A DNA stretch of 64,000 bases from Candidatus Nitrospinota bacterium M3_3B_026 (GCA_051418015.1 JBPRGF010000017.1:192001-256000), one strand, 5' to 3'; positions 28,095-38,365 are shown, counted from the first letter of the stretch. The notes: generated by a model not told the origin, from the letters alone. Translations and numbers: made by a program.

Positions 28095-28478
28095 ATGGGT
28101 GATATTGATACGAACATAAAAGTGCTGGTGGTTGACGACTTCGCCACCATGAGAAAAATCGAGAAGAACATCCTGGGGCAGCTCGGGATCAAGAACGTGG
28201 ACGAGGCCGACGACGGCTCCACGGCCCTGCCCAAGATCCAGCAAAACAAATACGACGTCATCCTGATGGACTGGAACATGCCCCAGATGAGCGGCCTTGA
28301 GCTGCTGAAGGCCGTCCGGGCGGACCCGAACACGAAAAATGTTCCCATCATAATGGTCACCGCGGAGGCCCTGAAGGACAACATCGTGGCCGCGGCCCAG
28401 GCGGGCGTCAACGACTACGTGGTAAAACCGTTCACCGCGGCGGTGCTGGAGGAGAAGCTCAAAAAGGTGCTGAAGTAG
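28095..28478 (+). CDS. cheY: Chemotaxis response regulator CheY
   Basis: [27 protein letters not shown]. Confidence 0.95.
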   Translation: MGDIDTNIKVLVVDDFATMRKIEKNILGQLGIKNVDEADDGSTALPKIQQNKYDVILMDWNMPQMSGLELLKAVRADPNTKNVPIIMVTAEALKDNIVAAAQAGVNDYVVKPFTAAVLEEKLKKVLK

Positions 28479-28543
28479 CGGCGCGCTCTATTAGTAAAAA
28501 AACCGGCTTCGTCGCGCAGTGACCAGCCCATGGATTTTATCGA

Positions 28544-29299
28544 TTAAGACGTCACTTTCCTGGCGATGGCGTCATAAAGCATCCGCGCCTCCTTGAAGTC
28601 CGGCTTCAGGGAAAGGGCCTTCTCCAGGCTCTTCTTGGCCTTCGCGTCGTCCCCCTTTTCATGGTACGCCCTGCCCATGTTGAAGTAGAGGGCCTCGTCG
28701 TCCGGGTCTATGGAGACCGCCTTGTCGTAGTTCTCGATGGCCATGTCGTACATGTGGCCCTTGCGCAGCTCTATGCCGTACTCGTTGAAAAGGTGCTTGT
28801 TTTCCTTGTCGTAAAGCGAGTCTATCTCCGAAAGCTTCTCGAAGCTCTCCCTGGCCTTGTCCACCTCCCCCAGCGACAGGTGCGCCTTGCCTTTGCCGAG
28901 GTGGGCCTTGAGATTCTTGCCGTCCATCTTCACCGCCTGGCCAAACTCAAAGGCGGCGGCGTAATATTCTTTTTTGTTAAGGTGCCTCTCGCCCTCGTTG
29001 ACCTTGTTTTCGGCCTTCTCTTTCTTCTTGTCATCCTCCGTTTTGGGCTTGAGGGAACAGGTATGCATGGAGCAGTCCTTGAACCGGGCGCTGAACTCCT
29101 CCATGCTGATGGTGTCCATCACTATGGCGGTGGGCGTTCCGTCGGGCTTGAGGTAGTAAAGGTCCACCTCGCCCTTGGGGTTCGACTTGCAGTAATAGTG
29201 AATGTCGTGCGCCTGGGCGGAGACCCTTTTCGTCGCCATCGTCCCTGCCTCGATGGCTTTGCTCTCGTAATAGACTCCCTTGACGGTATCAGCGGCCAT
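28544..29299 (-). CDS. TPR-repeat protein
   Basis: C-terminal TPR repeats (AHLGKGKAH, LFNEYGIELRK, LYFNMGRAY). Confidence 0.85.
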   Translation of the reverse strand: MAADTVKGVYYESKAIEAGTMATKRVSAQAHDIHYYCKSNPKGEVDLYYLKPDGTPTAIVMDTISMEEFSARFKDCSMHTCSLKPKTEDDKKKEKAENKVNEGERHLNKKEYYAAAFEFGQAVKMDGKNLKAHLGKGKAHLSLGEVDKARESFEKLSEIDSLYDKENKHLFNEYGIELRKGHMYDMAIENYDKAVSIDPDDEALYFNMGRAYHEKGDDAKAKKSLEKALSLKPDFKEARMLYDAIARKVTS

Positions 29300-29378
29300 A
29301 AGAACTTCAGCGCAAGGTTATAAGAGGTTTAAAGCATACCATAAAAACAGCCGCCCCGGGCGCCCCGGCTCCGGGGCG

Positions 29379-30587
29379 TCATCGCAGGATCATGGAGGCG
29401 AAGCTGACCATCGTCTCCCGTCCGCCCTCCAGGTTCTGCTTGTACTCCAGCAGCTCGCCCCGGTCGGCGTCCGAAACGCTTAAAAGAGCGTGGAGAGCCG
29501 GATAGCCGCAGACCCTGTTCGCCTCGTTGACGGCGGCGATCTTCCGCGAAAATCCGTCCATGTCCATCCGCCCCAGGGCGGCCAGGAGCTCTTCGTCGTC
29601 GGCCCTGATCCGCGCAAGATCATCATCGCCGAGCGCCCCCTTGTCGCCGAACCTCGCCCCGACGTGCGAGAAGTCCACGCTGGCGACGTAAAAAACCTTT
29701 CTGCCGGACTCCTCGGCGGTCTTCCTGATCGCCGCCAGGAGTCTCTTTATCCTTTCCCCGTTAAACACGGGGTGATCCAGCCCCCACACCGTCTCCGGAA
29801 ACGAAAGGAGGATGGGGACGGCGGTGACCTCCGGCCTGTCCCTGAAAAGACGCGCCATGAACAGCGCCTGGAACTCTATGGAATGCTCCTTCATGTGCGC
29901 CAGGACCTGCCCCCTTATATCCTCTCCGAAATTCTTTTCCAGCGCCTCCAAAAAAGGCCTGTCCACACGCATCGGCCCCGCCGGGGTGTCGAAGTCCTTG
30001 TCCAGCGCGGAGAAAAAATCATCCGTGAGGGTATGACCCGTTCCCAGGATTACGAAAAGGTCCGCCCCGCTGCGCGCCGCCTCCCGCCAGCCCGCGGCCA
30101 TCATGTCCGCCCCTACCCGGAAGTCTATGTGCGGAGCGATCATGGCCCGCGGCGGCGGCCCGTCCTCCAAAGCCGCGCCGCCCGCCAGCAGGCCGTCGAT
30201 CAGCTCCCCCAGCTCGGCCGGGTCCTCCGGGTAGCTCTGGCCGGCAAGGCAGGGCGCCCTCGACGGGCGCGAGAGGAACTCGCCGATCACGGCGTCCCTG
30301 TGCCGCGCGAAGCGTTCGTTGTTCAACATCAGGGCGATATCCATCTGCTCTATGAGGCCCTCCACGTCCTCCCTGCTGACAGGGATGTCAAACCTTTTCC
30401 GGAAATCCTCCATGACGCGCTCGACGCTCCTTTTGCCGTCCATCAGCGCAAGAAGGCAAAAGGCGGGATAGGAGACCATCAACTGGGCGTCGGTGAGCCT
30501 GGCGGGGTCGAAAAGCGCCATCATCGTCTCGCCGTCTTTCATGACGGGGGCCGCCTCGATGGGCCGCAGGGCGGGATATTCGTTCAT
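29379..30587 (-). CDS. MEMO1-family protein (AmmeMemoRadiSam protein B) with N-terminal extension
   Basis: AGQSYP, IAPHID, EHSIEFQ, SVDFSHVG, VCG motifs. Confidence 0.88.
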   Translation of the reverse strand: MNEYPALRPIEAAPVMKDGETMMALFDPARLTDAQLMVSYPAFCLLALMDGKRSVERVMEDFRKRFDIPVSREDVEGLIEQMDIALMLNNERFARHRDAVIGEFLSRPSRAPCLAGQSYPEDPAELGELIDGLLAGGAALEDGPPPRAMIAPHIDFRVGADMMAAGWREAARSGADLFVILGTGHTLTDDFFSALDKDFDTPAGPMRVDRPFLEALEKNFGEDIRGQVLAHMKEHSIEFQALFMARLFRDRPEVTAVPILLSFPETVWGLDHPVFNGERIKRLLAAIRKTAEESGRKVFYVASVDFSHVGARFGDKGALGDDDLARIRADDEELLAALGRMDMDGFSRKIAAVNEANRVCGYPALHALLSVSDADRGELLEYKQNLEGGRETMVSFASMILR

Positions 30588-30725
30588 TGTACTGTCACGC
30601 GCGGTCCTGCTGAAAAAAACCTCTGCTTTATCAAACCGGCCTGGGGGCTTAAAATAAGCCGTCCCTCGCGAGGCTTTCGCGTCCGGCGGCGATGGATATT
30701 ATAAATATTTTCAGGAGAATTGACC

Positions 30726-30941
30726 ATGGCAAAGACCTTCAGGATGATCCGCCTTGTGGGAACTTCGCAGGTGAGCTACGAGGACGCCATAAACAGCGCC
30801 GTGGCCGACGCGGCGGAATCCCTGCGCTCCCTGAGCTGGTTCCAGGTGGCTGAACAGCGCGGCAGGATAGACGAGTCCGGCAGGGTGGCGGAATGGCAGG
30901 CCGTCGTGGATATCGCCTTCAGGGTCGAAAAAGAGGGTTGA
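30726..30941 (+). CDS. Dodecin (flavin-binding)
   Basis: LVGTS.VSYEDAI..A, WFQV.EQRG, WQ....IAF; SD AGGAGA. Confidence 0.92.
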   Translation: MAKTFRMIRLVGTSQVSYEDAINSAVADAAESLRSLSWFQVAEQRGRIDESGRVAEWQAVVDIAFRVEKEG

Positions 30942-30953
30942 CGCCGCCCGCCC

Positions 30954-31592
30954 TCATTTTTCCCGGGCCCGGGAGAAGAAATAGGTCTTTTTCTCCTCGC
31001 CCCGAAGGAGTCTGCGGATGTTGTCACGATGGGTGAAAAAGATCAGCGCCGCCATCACCGCGGCGAGGACGATAAGCTCCGCTGGGGCCTTCTCGCCCAG
31101 GAGCGGCCCCTGGACGGCCAGGAAAACCGGGGCGCAGACGGCGGCCATCATGGAGCCGAGGGAGACGTATTTCGTGGCGCCCGTCACGGCCAGGTAGACC
31201 GCCAGCGAGGCCAGGGCGACATACGGCGCAAGCCCCAGGAAAACCCCTCCCGCCGTGGCCACACCCTTGCCGCCCCTGAAACCGGCGAACACCGTCCACA
31301 CGTGTCCCGCCACCGCCGCCGCGCCGCAGTATAACGCCGTCCTCTGGTCCGAAAGAACTCCCACGCCAACGGGCGCCGCGAAGACCACCGCCGCGTACCC
31401 TTTGAAGGCGTCCACGCCCAGGGTCAGAAGGTACGGCTTCATACCGAACAGCCTGTAGACGTTGGTGGCGCCAGCGTTTCCGCTGCCGTGTTCTCTTATG
31501 TCCACGCCGCCGATGACCCTGCCCACGATCAGCGCAGTGGGGATCGAGCCCAAAAGATAGCTCAGCGCAAGAGCCGCCGCCAGGCTCGTCAC
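30954..31592 (-). CDS. plsY: Glycerol-3-phosphate acyltransferase PlsY
   Basis: YLLGSIP, GSGNAGATN, FRGGKGVAT, HRDNI.RL. Confidence 0.96.
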   Translation of the reverse strand: MTSLAAALALSYLLGSIPTALIVGRVIGGVDIREHGSGNAGATNVYRLFGMKPYLLTLGVDAFKGYAAVVFAAPVGVGVLSDQRTALYCGAAAVAGHVWTVFAGFRGGKGVATAGGVFLGLAPYVALASLAVYLAVTGATKYVSLGSMMAAVCAPVFLAVQGPLLGEKAPAELIVLAAVMAALIFFTHRDNIRRLLRGEEKKTYFFSRAREK

Positions 31593-32989
31593 CGCTCCTC
31601 CTCCCCGCTCCCGCAGACGATGACCCTGTTCCTGCCCTCCCGCTTGGCGCGGTACAGGGCCTCGTCGGCTTTGTTCACAAGCTCAGCGGGCGACCCCGCG
31701 CCATCTGTCTCCATCCCGCACACCCCCAGCGACACCGTGACGCCCAGCCCCTCCTTCTCGGTCCGGAAGGGGCGGCGTTCCGTGTCGCGCCTTATGCGCT
31801 CGGCCAGGACCCGGGCCTTGTCCACACCGGTCTGTGGCAGCAGGATGGCGAACTCCTCCCCGCCGTACCTCGCCAGGGTGTCTATTTTCCTGACATGTTT
31901 TTTGAGCCGCTCCGCAAGATCGGCCAGTATCGTGTCCCCCACGGGATGGCCGTGGGTGTCGTTTATCCTCTTGAAAAAGTCGATATCCATCATCACGAGG
32001 GAGAGCGGCTGACCGTATCGGGAAGCCCTCTCGAACTCAAGCCCCAGGATCTCGTGGAAGTGGCGGTGGTTGTAAAGCCGGGTGAGCCCGTCCGTTATCG
32101 CCATCCTGCGCAGCTTGGACATCGCCCGGGCATTGTTCAGCGCCGCGGAGATCATCTGGGTCACCAGCTCCACGGTGTTGAAGTCGATATTGTCGAAAAA
32201 CCCTTTGTCGGAGCCGTTCAGGTTCAACGCGCCCAGGCGCTGGCCCCCGGCGATAAGCGGGGCGCAGAGGGCGTGGCCGTCGGTGTACTTGGACCTTCTT
32301 TCCCCGGCGGCGTATTTCGAGGACGGGAAGTCGCTCGTGATGATCCTCCGCCCCGTCTCCAGCGCCTCCTTCATGATCGGCGAGTCCAAAATCGAAACAG
32401 ACAGCGCGTTCATATCCTCATCGCCGTGGTTGTGTATGAGAGCCCGCAGCACCCCCTCGTCCTCCTCGTCCAGCAGGAAGATGGAGTACCGCTCCGCGGG
32501 CAGGAGCCTTTCGAGCTTGGTCGCTATGGCTATCGATATGGCATCCATCTCCACGGTGTTCATGGAGTGGGCGAAATCCACCACCCTCTCAAGCTGCCGC
32601 CGGTAGCCTTGTATCCTGCAATGGGCCCTGATCTTGGCGGTCAACTCCGCCATGTTGTATGGCTTCGTGATGTAGTCGTCGGCCCCCACGTCCAGCCCGA
32701 TCACCTTGTCCTTCGTCTCCCGCAGGGCGGAGGCGAAGACGACGGCCACGCCGCGGGTGGCGGCGTTTTCCTTTATGCGGCGGCAGACCTGGCGCCCGTC
32801 GATGTCCGGCATCATGATGTCCAGGAGCACAACGTCCGGGGAAACCCTGTCCACGGCCTCCAGGGCCTCCGCGCCGGTGGCGGCGGTCATGGTCTTGTAC
32901 CCTTCCGCGTCGAGAGCGGCCTGGATGGTCAGGCGGATGTCCTCCTCGTCGTCCACTATGAGTATGGTAGAGTCGTTCACTTCATTCAC
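31589..32989 (-). CDS. Diguanylate cyclase (REC-GAF-GGDEF)
   Basis: N-terminal REC (DD, DIMMP, KP), GAF-like middle, DIDFFK, RKID I-site, GGEEF. Confidence 0.93.
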   Translation of the reverse strand: MNEVNDSTILIVDDEEDIRLTIQAALDAEGYKTMTAATGAEALEAVDRVSPDVVLLDIMMPDIDGRQVCRRIKENAATRGVAVVFASALRETKDKVIGLDVGADDYITKPYNMAELTAKIRAHCRIQGYRRQLERVVDFAHSMNTVEMDAISIAIATKLERLLPAERYSIFLLDEEDEGVLRALIHNHGDEDMNALSVSILDSPIMKEALETGRRIITSDFPSSKYAAGERRSKYTDGHALCAPLIAGGQRLGALNLNGSDKGFFDNIDFNTVELVTQMISAALNNARAMSKLRRMAITDGLTRLYNHRHFHEILGLEFERASRYGQPLSLVMMDIDFFKRINDTHGHPVGDTILADLAERLKKHVRKIDTLARYGGEEFAILLPQTGVDKARVLAERIRRDTERRPFRTEKEGLGVTVSLGVCGMETDGAGSPAELVNKADEALYRAKREGRNRVIVCGSGEEER

Positions 32990-34539
32990 GCCTCGGAGCC
33001 TTCCGGGACGGGCAGGGTCAGGCGGAACCTGCTTCCCTGCCCCGGCTCGCTTTCCACCGTTATCGACCCATTATGCGCCCTCATTATCTCCTTGCAAATA
33101 GCCAGGCCCAGCCCCGTTCCCGCGTGGCGGCGCCTGATGGAGCTGTCCGCCTGGGTGTACTTGTCGAACATCCTGTCCATGAATTCAGACGGTATCCCCT
33201 TCCCGGTATCCTCAACGTCGACAACCACCGCGGGAGCGCCCTTCTCCATCCCCCGGCCCAGCTTCACCAGCGTCCGGTCCCCTTTTTCCGTGAATTTCAG
33301 GGCGTTCGACAGCAGGTTATCCATCGCCTGCGCCATAAGCCCCGGGTCGATGTCCACTTTGGGGAGCCCGTCCTCGGCCTCCAGGGAGAGACCCACCCCC
33401 TTGTCCTTGAAGGCCAGCGAAAACTGGTCCACGCAGAAGGCGGCGGTGGGCAACAGGCTCGCACGCTCCAGGGACAGCTCCATTTGCCCCGCCTCGAGCC
33501 GGGCGAGGTTCAGAAGGTCGTTGACGAGCCGCTCCTGCCTGTCGACGTTCCTGCCGATAATGTCCATGAACTTGCGCTGGCTCTCCGTCACGCTCCCCAG
33601 ATTCCCCCGCGCCAGGTTGTCCACGGCGGCCCGGATCGACGTGAGCGGCGTCCTCAGCTCATGGGATATCATGCTTGTGAACTCATCCTTGAGTCTCTGA
33701 TACTCCTTGTCCCGCGTTATGTCGGTGAACAGGATCAAGACGCCCGCCACCTCCCCGTCGGGCCCCGCCACCGGCGTCATGCGGGCCATGTAAGTCTTCG
33801 TCCCGACCCGCGCCTCGAAGGTCTCGACGCCTTCGTCATTGCCCGGCCGGTCCCTCGGCGCGTTTTTCTCAAGGGAGGCGAGGAAGTCCTCAAGCCCTGT
33901 CCCGTCCTGCCCCCCAAGACCGGGGAAAAGCCTCGCCGCCACGGGGTTTATGACCTCCGGCCTCCCTTCGGTGTTGAAGAATATCATCCCGTCAGTCATA
34001 CCGCGGATCACCGTCTCCATCTTGCTCTTCTCGGCGTCCAGCTCATTTCTCAGCCTTATGAGATTCACGCTCTGCCGGGCCAGGCTGTCGGTGATGTCGC
34101 GAAGCTCGATGTTCCTTTTCCGCAGGTCGCCGAGGCGCTTCGCCTCCCGTCCGGCCTCCTCCCCCGCGCTGAGGGACGCGGCGATATATGGAAGGGAGCG
34201 CAGCCCCTCATCGTCCAGGGTGACCAGCGGCCACAACCCGAGATCCAGGGCTTCCACCGGAGCCATGAAGCCGGACGAGGGGGCCAGCGCGGCCATACCC
34301 GCGCCGGGGATGAACGAACGCAGCCTCCGCGCGGCACGCAGCGAGACCGCCGGGTCGGGGGAGAGGTCTATGAGCGCGGCGTCGAACCCTTCGGGCGGGG
34401 AGGAGAGCCCAGCGGCCTGCCCAGCGGAAATGAAATCGAGGCGCGAGCTCCCGGCTCTGGCCGCCTCGAAGGCGCGCCTTATCCGCTGGCGCGAAGCTTC
34501 ATCGTCCTCCACGACGAGGATCCGGGAGCTCCTTGTCAA
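32986..34539 (-). CDS. Cytoplasmic histidine kinase (degenerate REC, PAS-like, HisKA, HATPase)
   Basis: SHELRTPL, NLLSNALKF, DTGKGI, GTGLGL; no TM segment. Confidence 0.92.
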   Translation of the reverse strand: MTRSSRILVVEDDEASRQRIRRAFEAARAGSSRLDFISAGQAAGLSSPPEGFDAALIDLSPDPAVSLRAARRLRSFIPGAGMAALAPSSGFMAPVEALDLGLWPLVTLDDEGLRSLPYIAASLSAGEEAGREAKRLGDLRKRNIELRDITDSLARQSVNLIRLRNELDAEKSKMETVIRGMTDGMIFFNTEGRPEVINPVAARLFPGLGGQDGTGLEDFLASLEKNAPRDRPGNDEGVETFEARVGTKTYMARMTPVAGPDGEVAGVLILFTDITRDKEYQRLKDEFTSMISHELRTPLTSIRAAVDNLARGNLGSVTESQRKFMDIIGRNVDRQERLVNDLLNLARLEAGQMELSLERASLLPTAAFCVDQFSLAFKDKGVGLSLEAEDGLPKVDIDPGLMAQAMDNLLSNALKFTEKGDRTLVKLGRGMEKGAPAVVVDVEDTGKGIPSEFMDRMFDKYTQADSSIRRRHAGTGLGLAICKEIMRAHNGSITVESEPGQGSRFRLTLPVPEGSEA

Positions 34540-34575
34540 ATCATACCTTCCGGAGATGGGCCGCCGCGTTCTCTT

Positions 34576-35217
34576 CTAAAAGACTTCATCGGCGGGCTGG
34601 TCCACGGTTGGCGGGAGTATCTCTATGGCCCTCCTGCCGGTCTCTCTCTCGCAATAGTACTGGCAAAGCCCGCAGCCGACGCAATCCAGCGTCTTTATGA
34701 CTGGCCGTTCGCCCAGGACGGTTATGGCCTCGCCGGACAGGGGGCACATGTCGACGCAGACGCGGCAGCTTCCGCCCTCGTAGGCGAGGCAGGCCGCCGG
34801 GTCCAGCCTGGCCTTTCCGATGTTTATCTCCTTTATCGAGAGGGGCATTTCGAGAGCCTCCTCCTTGCAGACCTCGACGCAGTGAAGATCGGAGCATAAA
34901 AAACAGGCCTTGCGGGAGGGGTTGAAAGTCGGCGTCCCCCCCGCGGCGCCGTATTCCTCCGGGACGCGGAAAAGCACGTCCTCCGGGCAGGCTCTTATGC
35001 AGTCGTCACATCTTGTGCAAAGCGTCTCGAACAAGTCCCCTGCGACGGCGCCCGGCGGGCGTAAAAGGCCGCGTTTCGGCTCCAGCGGGCCCGGCTCGTC
35101 CCCGGCCATAGCCTCCTGCGCCGCCTCGGCGAAATCTCCCACAAGCCTCCCCAAAAGGCCCAGCCCTTCGCGCAGGACGCCCCGGCGGCTTACCGGACGG
35201 TTGTATCTTTCGCTCAT
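34576..35217 (-). CDS. MauM/NapG-family 4Fe-4S polyferredoxin
   Basis: SRRGVL, LRPPGA, four Cys clusters (CTRCDDCIRACP ... CVGCGLCQYYC). Confidence 0.87.
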   Translation of the reverse strand: MSERYNRPVSRRGVLREGLGLLGRLVGDFAEAAQEAMAGDEPGPLEPKRGLLRPPGAVAGDLFETLCTRCDDCIRACPEDVLFRVPEEYGAAGGTPTFNPSRKACFLCSDLHCVEVCKEEALEMPLSIKEINIGKARLDPAACLAYEGGSCRVCVDMCPLSGEAITVLGERPVIKTLDCVGCGLCQYYCERETGRRAIEILPPTVDQPADEVF

Positions 35218-35339
35218 ATCGTTATTCTACATGATTATGCGCGCCTGCCGGCCACGCCGGGGGCCGGCTGCGGGCAAGAACCACGATCTTCGCGGATGAT
35301 ATAATGGCCGGAAGCGAAACGCGATTGAAAGGCTCCACG

Positions 35340-36995
35340 ATGGCTATCGGGAGGATCCGCCGCGCGACCCGTTATCTTTCCAGATACAGGGAGATATTCC
35401 ACGTGCTGGTCCGCTATGGCCTGGCGGACTGGGCGCGGCGAGTCGACATCGACTTCGTCAGGGGCATCATAACCAGCCGGGCGGACCCCGAGCTTCTGAA
35501 ACTCTCCACCGAACAGCGCGTCCGCCATGCCCTGATGGAGCTGGGGCCGACGTTCATAAAGTTCGGGCAGATGCTCTCCATGCGGCCGGACCTTGTCGGA
35601 GTTCCCATGTCCGACGAGCTCAAAAAACTCCTGTCCCACGTGGAGGCGGATCCTCCGGAGACCGTCAGGAAGATCGTGGCCGAGGAGCTTGGCAGGAGCC
35701 CGGACGAGATATTCGCCGAGTTCGACCCGGAGCCGGTGGCGTCGGCGTCGATCGGGCAGGTCCACAAGGCGCGGCTGAAGCCGGGCGAGGCGGTGGCCGT
35801 AAAGGTCATCCACGACGGGATAGAGGGGATCGTGGAAAGGGATCTCGACATCATCCGCGACCTGGCGGGGCTGGTGGAGGACTACGTGGAGGAGGCCCGC
35901 TACTACAAGCCGAGGGAGACCGTGGAGAGCTTCGCCCGGACGATGACGCGCGAGATGGACTTCATGCGCGAGGCGCGCAATATCATCAACCTGGCGGAGG
36001 ACTTCGCCGACGATGAGACGGTGAAGATCCCGAGGGTTTACGAGGACTACACAACCTCCCGCGTCCTGGTCATGGAGTGGATCGACGGTATTCCCCTGGA
36101 CACCGTGGACCCGGAGACGGAGACGCGGTTCGACGTGTCCGAGGCGGCGGACAAGGGGGCGAAAATATTCCTGAAGATGGTCTTCGTCAACGGCTTCTAC
36201 CACGCCGACCCGCACCCGGCGAACATCATGATAATGGACGACGGGAGGATCGCGCTGCTGGACTACGGCATGGTGGGCAGGCTTTCCCTCAAGATGCGCG
36301 AGTATGTCGAGGACGGCGTCTCCGCCGTCGTCCGCAGGGACAGCGAACGGCTCGCCCAGATAATAATCAAGGCAGGCTCCCTGCCGCCGGACCTCGACAC
36401 GACGACGCTGGGCGCGGACATAACGGACTTCATATCGTTCTACGGCTCCCTGCCGATATCGAAGATCAAGCTGTTCGAGGCGCTCAACGAGGTGGTGTCC
36501 ATAATCCACAGGCATCACATCATCCTGCCATCGGAGATAACCATGCTCATAAAGACGCTGGCGACGCTGGAGGGCTCGCACCGCTCCCTGAACCCGGAGT
36601 TCAACCTGCTTTCGCTGATCCGTCCCTACCAGGAGAGCATGGCCTGGTCCGCCCTCTCCCCCACGAGGGGGCTCAACAGGGCGCGCAGGTTCTACTACGA
36701 GCTGCAGGACTTCGTGGAGACCGTCCCCTCGGCGCTCATGGATATCATCGAGCGGTTCCGCAAGGAGACGCTGGAGATACACATGGAGCACCGGGGGATG
36801 GAAAGAAGCGCGAACAGGCTTACCTTCGGGATACTCACGGCGGCCATCTTCATGGGCTCCTCGATGGTGCTGAGCGCCGGGATACCGCCCCTTGTTTTCG
36901 GGTTTTCGCTGCTGGGGGTTATCGGGTACATCGTATCCCTTGTAATGGGGTTGAGGATACTCTGGGCCATCATGGTTTCGGGGAGACTGGACTGA
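35340..36995 (+). CDS. ABC1/AarF/UbiB-family atypical kinase
   Basis: LGPTFIKFGQ, ASASIGQVH, VAVKV, HADPHPAN, DYGMVG, C-terminal TMs; alternative start 35304. Confidence 0.92.
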   Translation: MAIGRIRRATRYLSRYREIFHVLVRYGLADWARRVDIDFVRGIITSRADPELLKLSTEQRVRHALMELGPTFIKFGQMLSMRPDLVGVPMSDELKKLLSHVEADPPETVRKIVAEELGRSPDEIFAEFDPEPVASASIGQVHKARLKPGEAVAVKVIHDGIEGIVERDLDIIRDLAGLVEDYVEEARYYKPRETVESFARTMTREMDFMREARNIINLAEDFADDETVKIPRVYEDYTTSRVLVMEWIDGIPLDTVDPETETRFDVSEAADKGAKIFLKMVFVNGFYHADPHPANIMIMDDGRIALLDYGMVGRLSLKMREYVEDGVSAVVRRDSERLAQIIIKAGSLPPDLDTTTLGADITDFISFYGSLPISKIKLFEALNEVVSIIHRHHIILPSEITMLIKTLATLEGSHRSLNPEFNLLSLIRPYQESMAWSALSPTRGLNRARRFYYELQDFVETVPSALMDIIERFRKETLEIHMEHRGMERSANRLTFGILTAAIFMGSSMVLSAGIPPLVFGFSLLGVIGYIVSLVMGLRILWAIMVSGRLD

Positions 36996-37020
36996 GCTTA
37001 TATTTTCAAGAGAGGGTCAT

Positions 37021-37383
37021 ATGAAGGAGATGGATAAAATGTTCGATCTGATACGCGACGCGACGAAGATGGGGCTCGGCGCCCTCTCCCTTTCAAAGGA
37101 GAACCTGAAAAAAGTGACCGACGACCTGACGGACATCGGAAGGGTCAGCAAGGAGGAGGGGGAAAGGCTTTTCAAGGAGTTCGAGGAGTCCCGGGAGAAG
37201 TATAAAAAAGACTTGGAGGAGTTCGTGGAAGAGGCCGTCAAAAAGGCGATAGACAGGGCCGGGCTGGCGCCGAAAACGGAGGTCGCCGAGCTGCGGGCCA
37301 GGGTGGCCGAGCTGGAGGAGACGCTGAGGGTCGTGAAAGAGGAGCGGGCCGTGGACGAAAGCGAGGGGGCGGGGGGGGCCTGA
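37021..37383 (+). CDS. Phasin-like (PhaF/PhaI-type) protein
   Basis: MGLGALSLSKE...G.VSKEEG, amphipathic helices, LRARVAELE; paired with the ABC1 kinase. Confidence 0.7.
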   Translation: MKEMDKMFDLIRDATKMGLGALSLSKENLKKVTDDLTDIGRVSKEEGERLFKEFEESREKYKKDLEEFVEEAVKKAIDRAGLAPKTEVAELRARVAELEETLRVVKEERAVDESEGAGGA

Positions 37384-37473
37384 TCCCTCTTCGGCCCGCC
37401 GGAGTTGTGGACGGCGGGCCGGCTGGGCCCTTGACGGCGCGCGCCTCACACGCGGCCGGAGGGGACCGCCTCT

Positions 37474-38205
37474 TTAGCCGAAGGCCTCGGAAAGCTCCAG
37501 GTATCTCAGGATTATGTCGGACATCATGTCCGTATTATTCCGGGCGTTATTGAAAACCAGGTGATAAAGCGACGGGTCCGACGAGTCCATCCCCGTGAAG
37601 TCGGCCACGAACCTCGAGCGGGCGCTCTGCCTGGCCCTCAGCAGGTTCTCCGCCTCGACGCGGTTGAGCTTGAAAAGCTCCTCCACCCGGCGCAGCCGCC
37701 AGGAGTGGGACGCCACGACCCTTATGTGGATCCCCATGAATTTCTTCGGATCGAGCATGTGGGTTATCACCTGCCCGCCGGAGCCCAGGATCACGCAGTT
37801 GCCCTTGTCGGCAAGGTTTAAAATGACGTTCCTCATCCCCTCGAAGACGTGGCTTGACGGGGACTGAAGGTATCTTGGCACCAGCGCGTCCACGAACCAG
37901 TCGCGGAACTTCCAGCGCTTCTCCGACACCTCGCGCACCATCTCCACGGTCTCGCTCTCGGAGTCGGCCACCATCTGCTCCATCATGCGGTGAGTGAACA
38001 GCGTCCAGGGCTCCGTCGAGCGCTCGTTTATCTTCTTCACCAGCTTGTCGGCGGCTTCGTAACCCTCGCACCCGTATTCCCGGGAAATGGTCACGAAATA
38101 GGTTCTCTTCGGCTTTTCTTTCTCCAGGGCCGCCTCCCTCCTGGCCACCCAGTCCCGGTAGAAATTCAAGTCGAGAACGGCTTCTTCGAAATGAGGTTCG
38201 CGCAT
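37474..38205 (-). CDS. Cytidylate kinase-like family protein
   Basis: VTISREYGCEG, GNCVILG.G, YHLVFN. Confidence 0.85.
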   Translation of the reverse strand: MREPHFEEAVLDLNFYRDWVARREAALEKEKPKRTYFVTISREYGCEGYEAADKLVKKINERSTEPWTLFTHRMMEQMVADSESETVEMVREVSEKRWKFRDWFVDALVPRYLQSPSSHVFEGMRNVILNLADKGNCVILGSGGQVITHMLDPKKFMGIHIRVVASHSWRLRRVEELFKLNRVEAENLLRARQSARSRFVADFTGMDSSDPSLYHLVFNNARNNTDMMSDIILRYLELSEAFG

Positions 38206-38365
38206 ATAGCCTTTTCCACCCTCCGCTTTGAGAATTAAAGGTCAAGCTCAACCGCAGGTTACGTATTGTATAACCTGAGGAGGGAAAAGAAAACGCCTGA
38301 ATTGAAAACAACCCGGCGGCCCCTGGGGGCCGCCCCTGTGTGACAAGGATCGTAACGGCGCCGGG

